A stretch of 64,000 bases of DNA from Gemmatimonadales bacterium (lineage in GTDB: Bacteria > Gemmatimonadota > Gemmatimonadetes > Gemmatimonadales > GWC2-71-9), in contig OZ252244.1 of NCBI GenBank assembly GCA_965249575.1, positions 2,816,001 through 2,880,000 of the forward strand, given 5' to 3'. Below are positions 57,666 through 64,000 of this stretch, piece after piece; position 1 is the stretch's first letter; every line of letters begins with the position of its first letter. The position numbers were made by a program, and so were the translations under genes. The notes beneath the pieces are model-generated. The model was not told where the DNA came from. It worked only from the letters and a program-made list of their open reading frames with translations, and ran no database searches.

Positions 57666-59395
57666 GTGGTGCTCCCTTGCGTTCGCCGCCGCGCGGTGGC
57701 GGCCGCGTCGATCTCGTAGTCTTCGGGCAACCGCACGAGCTGTTCCGGCACGCCGAGGTACCGAATGACGACGCCGTACTCCTGCTCTGCCGCCTTCACT
57801 GAAACGTAGCCATTGATCACATCTTCCAAGACCCGTTCGGGCTCTCGCTCGAGCGGCGGCCCGTAGCCGCCTCCGCCCGGTGGATTGAGGCGCACTCGAG
57901 CGCCCGGCGCGAGGGTGAGCAAGGCCTTTGGTTGTGGCGCGTCGCTCCCGTCGATGGCGAACTCGCCCGGCGCCCCGGCCCCACCCCCCTCCAGTCCAGG
58001 CGCCGGGAACCGTATGCGGTCGATCATCGCCGACACGCTCCACGGGCCGTCCATTCGCTGGCCCATCTCGGTGCACTGCCCCAGGCCTCCCCGAAAGATA
58101 CCGGGACCGCCCGAATCGGTGCGCAGCTCCCGGCGATGCTGCACCAGGGGCGTCAGGGATTCGACTACCTCCGCCGGCACCCCGGCCACGCCGCTCGGAA
58201 ATCCGGTCGCGCTCAACCCATCTTTCGCCGCCCGAGCGCCCGCGCCGCCGCACTGAAACAGCGTGAAAGTGAACGACTCGTCCGACGGCCATCGTCCCCG
58301 CCACATGGTGATCCAGATCGGCTCGGCTCCGCCCGCCATGAGCCGGCCTGGCATGGCCGGGGCCAGAGCCCCGAAGATCACTCCCGGCAGGAAATGGCCG
58401 ATGATATGCCGCGAGGCCACGGCGGCCGGCTCCCTGCAATTGAGAATCGTGCCCTCGGGGGCCGTTACGTGCACCGGTCGAAAGGCGCCCTCGTTGTGCG
58501 GTACTTCCGGGTTGATCGCGGCTTTCACGGCGAATGATGCATATGCATGCGTGTAGTTGAGCACGACGTTGATCCCGCGGTGGCTCTCGGGCGACGAACC
58601 GGCGAAGTCGATGTGGATGTCTTCGTCCTCGACGGTCACGGCAACCTTGATTCGAATCGACTCCTCGAATCCGTCGCTCCAGGCTTCGTTCTCGTATGTC
58701 CCATTCGGGATTGGATGGATCGCGTCACGCAGCGCCCGCTCCGACCGGGAGATGATTTCATCGGCGAGCGGATCGATTGAATCCAATCCGAACTCCTCCA
58801 TGAAGTGGATGAGGCTTCGCGCCCCGACGGCGTTCGACGAGGCTTGCGCGTAGAGGTCGCCCACCGTCTCCTCGGGTGTGCGGACGTTGGCCCGGATGAT
58901 CTTCAACAGTTCAGCGTTGGGCTCGCCACCGGCGAACAACTTGGTCATCGGGATACGAAGCCCTTCCTCGAAGACTTCATGCGCCTCCGCCGACAGGATG
59001 CGGCCACCGATATCCGGAGCGTGGCAGGTGCTGGCGAAATAGGCAACGACCCGCCGCTTCCGAAACACCGGGGTGAGCACCGTCATGTCGTTCACCTGAC
59101 CGGCGGTGAGCCAGGGATCGTTGGTCAGCAGGACATCCCCCGGGTCGAGCGCCTCCTCCGGAAACTCCTTCAGGAAATGCCGGACTCCGGTGGCCATTGC
59201 ATTGATATGTCCGGGGGTGCCAGTGAGGGACTGGGCGATCATCGCACCCTTGGTATCGAACACCCCGCAGGCGAGGTCCTGAACCTCCCGTACCACCGTG
59301 CTGAACGCGGTCCGCATGAGGGTGACCTGCTGCTCGTTGGTTACGGAGAGGAGTCTGTTCCACAGGACTTCGAGGGCAATCGTGTCAAGCGTCAT
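57662..59395 (-). CDS. Hydantoinase B/5-oxoprolinase-like subunit
   Basis: LMRTAFSTVVRE..D, PGDVLLTNDPW, HAPDIGG, EEGLRIP, DSGGPG.FRGG, PGGGGYG. Confidence 0.92.
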   Translation of the reverse strand: MTLDTIALEVLWNRLLSVTNEQQVTLMRTAFSTVVREVQDLACGVFDTKGAMIAQSLTGTPGHINAMATGVRHFLKEFPEEALDPGDVLLTNDPWLTAGQVNDMTVLTPVFRKRRVVAYFASTCHAPDIGGRILSAEAHEVFEEGLRIPMTKLFAGGEPNAELLKIIRANVRTPEETVGDLYAQASSNAVGARSLIHFMEEFGLDSIDPLADEIISRSERALRDAIHPIPNGTYENEAWSDGFEESIRIKVAVTVEDEDIHIDFAGSSPESHRGINVVLNYTHAYASFAVKAAINPEVPHNEGAFRPVHVTAPEGTILNCREPAAVASRHIIGHFLPGVIFGALAPAMPGRLMAGGAEPIWITMWRGRWPSDESFTFTLFQCGGAGARAAKDGLSATGFPSGVAGVPAEVVESLTPLVQHRRELRTDSGGPGIFRGGLGQCTEMGQRMDGPWSVSAMIDRIRFPAPGLEGGGAGAPGEFAIDGSDAPQPKALLTLAPGARVRLNPPGGGGYGPPLEREPERVLEDVINGYVSVKAAEQEYGVVIRYLGVPEQLVRLPEDYEIDAAATARRRTQGSTT

Positions 59396-61496
59396 CGGAC
59401 ATCACCAGATTCCACTCGGGGTCGACGGTGCATCGGGCGCCGGGCAGCACGATCGCCGTGGACTCCCGTTCCTCGATGATGGCTGGGCCGTCGACGCGCG
59501 CGCCTGGGCTGAGGCGGTACCGGTCGTACACACGTGTCTCGGTGTGCCCGCCCAACTCGGGGAAGTAGGCGGACCGGGTGCCTTTACGGCTCGCTCTACC
59601 GACTCCCTTCTCCGGCGTGGTCATCGCGAGGCGGAGCTGAGGCTCCGGTCCGGAGCACGTGACCCTCCAACTAATCACCTCGAGGGGGACCGGTGGGCCG
59701 AGGCGGCCGTAGCGCTCCTGATAGGTCGACGCAAACGCAGCCTCAAGCGGAACCCGCAAGTCCTCGTTGAGCCGGCCCTCGGGTACGGGTACTCTGATTT
59801 CGTGGCCCTGCCCGACATACCGCATGTCCGCCTCACGCCGGGATGTGATGTCCCCCCGTGGGACACCCGACCCGGCCAGGAGCTCTCGCCCCTCACCTTC
59901 CATGTCATCAAAGAGGGCGTTGACTCGCGTCCAATCGATCCCATCCACCCGAGCCCGCCAGGGACGCACGAAGTCGAACGCCAAGGGAGCGCTCAGGAAT
60001 CCGACGGTGCTGACCACTCCCGCCCCGAAAGGTGCCACGACCGCCGGCGAGCCCAACGCCCGTGCGATACGATGCCCGTGGACGGGGCCCGCACCGCCGA
60101 ACGCAAACAGAGGGAATCGCCGGGGGTCCCTTCCTCGCTCCAGCACGTGCACTCGTGCGGCATTCGCCATGCTCTGGTTGACGACCTGGTGGATTCCCCA
60201 AGCCGCCTCTTCGACGGTGAGACTCAGCGGCGCGGCAATGCGCTCTTGAATCGCGCGGCGTGCGGCGTCGAGGTCGAGGCTCATCGCGCCGCCCAGGAAG
60301 AAGCCGGGATCGAGATATCCCAGGATTAGGTCGGCGTCGGTCACGGTTGGCTCCGTCCCGCCCCGCCCATAACACGCGGGCCCCGGCTCTGCGCCGGCGG
60401 AGTCGGGCCCGACTTTCAGGAGTCCCAAGCTGTCGACCCTGGCGATGGATCCGCCGCCAGCCCCGATCTCGATCATCTCGATCACGGGTACCTTCGCCGG
60501 GAGGCCGGAGCCCTTCTTGAAACGGTATACCCGGTCGAACTCGAACTCTTGGGCGAGGAGGGGCTGCCCGTCGTCGATCACGCAGAACTTGGCGGTCGTA
60601 CCGCCCATATCGAATGACAGGAGATCAGGCGTTCCGCACGCGACGCCATAGCGGGCGGCGGCCAGTGCTCCCGCGGCCGGCCCGGACTCGAGAAGCCTGA
60701 CAGGGAACCGGACCGCCGTTTCGACGGTCCCGAGTCCACCGCTCGAGAGCATCAGGAAGAAACTTCCGGTGAAGCCAGACCGGCGCAGGCGGTCCTGCAA
60801 TTCACGCAGGTACTCCTCGACTGGTCCCTGGACGTAGACGTTCGCGACGGTAGTTGAGGTGCGCTCGAATTCCCGGATCTCCGGTGCCACTTCCGACGAG
60901 ATCGAAACGCGGAGGCCGGCAGCCCCACCCCGCAGCGCCTCGCGCGCGGCGCGCTCGGTCTCAGGGTTGGCAAAGCTGTTGAGAAACGCGATGGCAACCG
61001 CTTCCACACCTCGGTCGGAAAGCTCACGCGCCAGACGCGCGACGTGCTGGCGATCGACGGGTGTTGCTACGCTCCCGTCGGCCAGCGTGCGCTCGGGCAC
61101 GTCGAAGCGCAGGTGACGCGGAACCAAGGGGCGGGGCAGCTCAATGCTCAGATCGTACAGCTCGTAGCGTTGCTCCCGCCCGATCTCGAGAGTGTCCCGG
61201 AACCCCGCGGTGGCCAGCAGCGCCGTTCGCGACCCCTTCCGTTCAATGATGGCGTTGGTGACCAGCGTGGTGCCGTGGACAACATGCTGGATCTCGGCCG
61301 CCGACACGCCGGCTCGGTCCAGTGTGTCGAGCATCACACCCTCGATTCCTTGGGAAGGATCGCTCGGTGTTGTGAGGACCTTTCCGACCGCGAATCGCCC
61401 GGTGGCGTCGTCCAGTACCAAAAAATCGGTGAAGGTGCCGCCGACGTCGACCCCGACGCGATGCCGGATGCCCCGATTCGTTGGGGCCTCAGCCAT
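59385..61496 (-). CDS. Hydantoinase A/5-oxoprolinase-like ATP-binding subunit
   Basis: GVDVGGTFTD, HGTTLVTNAIIE, REFERTST, ESGPAAG, DMGGTT, GAGGGSIA, GPACYGRGG.PTVTDA, DMRYVGQGHE. Confidence 0.93.
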   Translation of the reverse strand: MAEAPTNRGIRHRVGVDVGGTFTDFLVLDDATGRFAVGKVLTTPSDPSQGIEGVMLDTLDRAGVSAAEIQHVVHGTTLVTNAIIERKGSRTALLATAGFRDTLEIGREQRYELYDLSIELPRPLVPRHLRFDVPERTLADGSVATPVDRQHVARLARELSDRGVEAVAIAFLNSFANPETERAAREALRGGAAGLRVSISSEVAPEIREFERTSTTVANVYVQGPVEEYLRELQDRLRRSGFTGSFFLMLSSGGLGTVETAVRFPVRLLESGPAAGALAAARYGVACGTPDLLSFDMGGTTAKFCVIDDGQPLLAQEFEFDRVYRFKKGSGLPAKVPVIEMIEIGAGGGSIARVDSLGLLKVGPDSAGAEPGPACYGRGGTEPTVTDADLILGYLDPGFFLGGAMSLDLDAARRAIQERIAAPLSLTVEEAAWGIHQVVNQSMANAARVHVLERGRDPRRFPLFAFGGAGPVHGHRIARALGSPAVVAPFGAGVVSTVGFLSAPLAFDFVRPWRARVDGIDWTRVNALFDDMEGEGRELLAGSGVPRGDITSRREADMRYVGQGHEIRVPVPEGRLNEDLRVPLEAAFASTYQERYGRLGPPVPLEVISWRVTCSGPEPQLRLAMTTPEKGVGRASRKGTRSAYFPELGGHTETRVYDRYRLSPGARVDGPAIIEERESTAIVLPGARCTVDPEWNLVMSDDA

Positions 61497-62301
61497 CCGG
61501 CCGGATCGTGGGAAACCGGCTCAGCGGGAACGTATCGACCGTGGCCGAGCGCTGCTGTGCGAGCATCCCCCCGTCCACGACGAGGGTCGCGCCCGTGATG
61601 TAGCGTGCGTCGTCGGTTGCCAGAAAGACCGTCGGTCCGGCGATCTCTTCCGCCGTACCGTACCGGCCGAGCGGGACGACTTTTCCGCGCTCCGCGGCCT
61701 CGTCGTCGCTGATTTCGTAAGTGCGGATCGCACCCGGCACGATGGCGTTCACTCGCACTCCGTAAGGCGCGAGGTCCAGAGCCATCGCGCGAGTCATAGC
61801 CTCGATTCCCCCTTTCGATGCGTCGTAGGCCACGTTGCCGCGGTGCGCCCGCGTGCCGCCACCGCTCGACATGCTGATGATGACCCCAGCCCGCTTTCGC
61901 ACCATGATGCCGGCGGCTCGGTGCGAGCACAGGAACCCGCCCTTCAGGTTTACGGAAAGTACGCGATCCCACCAGGCTTCGTCTCCCTCGAGGAAGTGCC
62001 GATCCGTCGCGATAAGCCCCGCGTTGTTCACCAGTGCGTCGACGGTACCGAACCGGTCGACCACTCGCTCGAACATGTCGTCGACTTGTGCCCGGTTCGA
62101 GACATCGGCAACGACACTCAGCGCCTGGCCCCCGGCCGAGGTAATTGCCCCGGCCGCGTTCTCCGCATTCGAGGCATGCACGTCGTTGACCACGACGCGC
62201 GCCCCCTCGCGGGCGAAACGTTCGGCCACGGCGCGGCCAATGCCGTGTCCGGCGCCGGTTACGAGCACCACCTTGCCCTCGAAGCGCAGCGTGCCTGACA
62301 C
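61489..62301 (-). CDS. Short-chain dehydrogenase/reductase
   Basis: TGAGHGIG, LVNNAG, YDASK, VRVNAIVPG, ITGATLVVDGG; probable GTG start at 62301. Confidence 0.92.
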   Translation of the reverse strand: MSGTLRFEGKVVLVTGAGHGIGRAVAERFAREGARVVVNDVHASNAENAAGAITSAGGQALSVVADVSNRAQVDDMFERVVDRFGTVDALVNNAGLIATDRHFLEGDEAWWDRVLSVNLKGGFLCSHRAAGIMVRKRAGVIISMSSGGGTRAHRGNVAYDASKGGIEAMTRAMALDLAPYGVRVNAIVPGAIRTYEISDDEAAERGKVVPLGRYGTAEEIAGPTVFLATDDARYITGATLVVDGGMLAQQRSATVDTFPLSRFPTIRPDG

Positions 62302-62619
62302 CCTTCCCCCTATCTGCTGTCGTCTCAGTCCCATGGACGCTGGACAATGTAGCCACGTAGCCACGAATCCGGCGTCTACGTCACCGGAGCGCCCCGAGCC
62401 GGATTGGCCGCCCCGCCGCCCCTGTGAGCCCGTTTAGTGCCGATACGGCCCATTTCGGTGGGTTTTGTGCGCTGGGCCTGGGCGGGAGGGTGACATGGGG
62501 CACTGAAGCTGGGGGCCCAAAATGCCGATCCTATTGGCGACAAGTTGTGGCTCGAACGGCCCGCCTAACGCCGCGGCCCGTTCGACGTCAAACGGTACAG
62601 AAACTTTCTTGGAGGCGAG

Positions 62620-63249
62620 ATGCTCAGGAAGCTACTTGGATTCACGGCAATGGCGGCGCTGGTCACGGTGACCGGCTGCAGCGAAACCACGGGGGCCGAT
62701 GTCGGCCTGACCGCAGACGAAGCCGCGCTCTTGGCTGACGATTTCGTCGCCCTCGCGCTCGACGGCGTGGCGTCGGGACTTTCGGCGATTCCCAGCCCGG
62801 CTCCGGGCCTGGCATCGTCCAGCGCGCAGGCCGCCGCCCCACCGATTCAGTTTGACCGGTCGACCACCATTACGAGGGAATGCCCGGCCGGTGGATCGAT
62901 GACCATGGAAGGAACAGTGAGCGGGGCACTCGATGACGCGCGGTCCGGGACGCTGGCAGTCCAGCACACGCTCACCATCTCCGATTGCGGCAGGCAGCGC
63001 GAGGAAATCACGATCACGGCGAATACCGATCCTTCGATCGTGTTCAGCGGCGAGGTAGTCGTGGAGGGCCGCACCCGCGTGAGCGGTTCCTTTACGAAGA
63101 TCGGTGCCATCACCGTGGAGACCAGCGACGGGCGTTCCGGGCGCTGCGAGATCGATCTCGCGGTTACGTGGACGGCCGAGGATCACTGGACGGCGACCGG
63201 CACGGTTTGCGGCCGCGAGGTGACACGGGAACGCGATCGGGTGGCCTGA
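62620..63249 (+). CDS. Hypothetical lipoprotein
   Basis: RBS GGAGG; lipobox VTGC; beta-rich with CPAGG, DC, RC, VCG cysteines. Confidence 0.7.
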   Translation: MLRKLLGFTAMAALVTVTGCSETTGADVGLTADEAALLADDFVALALDGVASGLSAIPSPAPGLASSSAQAAAPPIQFDRSTTITRECPAGGSMTMEGTVSGALDDARSGTLAVQHTLTISDCGRQREEITITANTDPSIVFSGEVVVEGRTRVSGSFTKIGAITVETSDGRSGRCEIDLAVTWTAEDHWTATGTVCGREVTRERDRVA

Positions 63250-63405
63250 GCTCCCTTTCCACCATATCCCCCCGCCGCCTAGCGGTGAAGGGAATCCCGA
63301 GACCCCGACCTGATTCGGTCTTCTTGACCAGATCGCGTCGGGGTTCTTGGCGATCGTCCCACAACAGCGCCCCGGCGCTGGAGGTCCTCAGGCCTAGATT
63401 TGGGC

Positions 63406-64000
63406 ATGGAGCGCCCAACCAATGTGTCCGAGGGGGATCGCCCGGACGAGCGCCGCCGGTCACGGCATTCCACGGACTCCGCCCGAACGATTTTTCTTCT
63501 GTCCCCAGCCACGTGCAACGGACGCCGGGCGGATCTCCTATTGCGGGAGGCGGCGACATTTCCCCTGGCACGCGCTCTTCGTGCCCCTGGAGGAAGCGCG
63601 CTGGGGAAGACCTTTTCGTTTCTGAGTGGATTGTACTTCCGCGGAAAACTCGCGTACGGATCGGCTTTCGCCTACCCGCCCCCAGGAGTCCCCGGTGTGA
63701 TGATTATCACCCCGGGTCAGGGACTGCTGCCCGCGGAGGCGCGCATCTCCCTCGAGACTCTGCGAGAAATAGCCCGAGTTCCCGTGGAGCCGGGCGATGA
63801 CCGGTACCGGCGGCCTCTCGCGCGGGATGCCGCCTCCGTTGCTGAGAAGCTCCCGGCACTTGCCCGGGTGGTGCTTTTGGGAAGCATCGCTACTACGAAG
63901 TACGTCGAACCGCTATGCGAAGCGCTCGGCCGGCCCCTTCTCTATCCGCAGGCCTTTCGTGGTCGAGGGAGTTTGAGTCGCGGTGCGCTACTGCTCCGTG
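63406..64000 (+). CDS. Hypothetical protein, runs off window
   Basis: Not in the ORF track (no stop); open from ATG 63406: IFLLSPATCNGRRA...FSFLSGLYFRGKLAY...VVLLGSIATTKYV...SRGALLLR. Confidence 0.7.
   Translation, partial: MERPTNVSEGDRPDERRRSRHSTDSARTIFLLSPATCNGRRADLLLREAATFPLARALRAPGGSALGKTFSFLSGLYFRGKLAYGSAFAYPPPGVPGVMIITPGQGLLPAEARISLETLREIARVPVEPGDDRYRRPLARDAASVAEKLPALARVVLLGSIATTKYVEPLCEALGRPLLYPQAFRGRGSLSRGALLLR

Noticed and set aside
57666..58439. 258-aa N-terminal extension of gabD in the ORF track
   Set aside because: Alternate-frame overlap with hydantoinase B; the real start is ATG 57665
140..63800. Many long antisense or alternate-frame ORFs (e.g. 2477-3994, 8055-9287, 15467-16834, 32173-33429, 35295-36905)
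   Set aside because: Shadow ORFs expected at high GC; they overlap recognisable genes and have Arg/Pro/Gly-rich, motif-free translations

Overview
GC-rich bacterial chromosomal window. The gene content (SusC/SusD-like pair, Ser/Thr kinase with TolB-like propeller, LVIVD-like propeller paralogues, plug-only TonB protein) suggests Gemmatimonadota; this is inference only. Left to right: a PAS/sigma-54 activator with its divergent -24/-12 promoter driving a truncated Zn-ADH; a tRNA-Pro(GGG) 3' att scar with a broken tyrosine integrase; a divergent oxalate-CoA ligase-like/PanE-like pair; an NRAMP transporter; a CAZyme-free SusC/D locus with a His-rich propeller protein, two amidohydrolases and a gamma-glutamyltransferase; a decaying sugar ABC/isomerase/FGGY kinase/GH3 operon; Ser/Thr kinase, K+ channel, two CaiC-like ligases, enoyl-CoA hydratase, a membrane spermidine-synthase-like protein and TspO; a second propeller paralogue; a broken tail-collar cluster and hybrid kinase; a small basic protein divergent from a DEAD-box helicase; ppc; a serine hydrolase; lsrF plus Zn-ADH; aceK; and an SDR-hydantoinase A/B-gabD operon. 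The most striking window-wide signal is about ten abrupt gene-to-gene deletion or fusion scars plus three single-base frameshifts, meaning either active genome erosion or assembly error. No CRISPR array, rRNA or intact tRNA was seen. All protein calls come from motif recognition by eye; no database searches were run.
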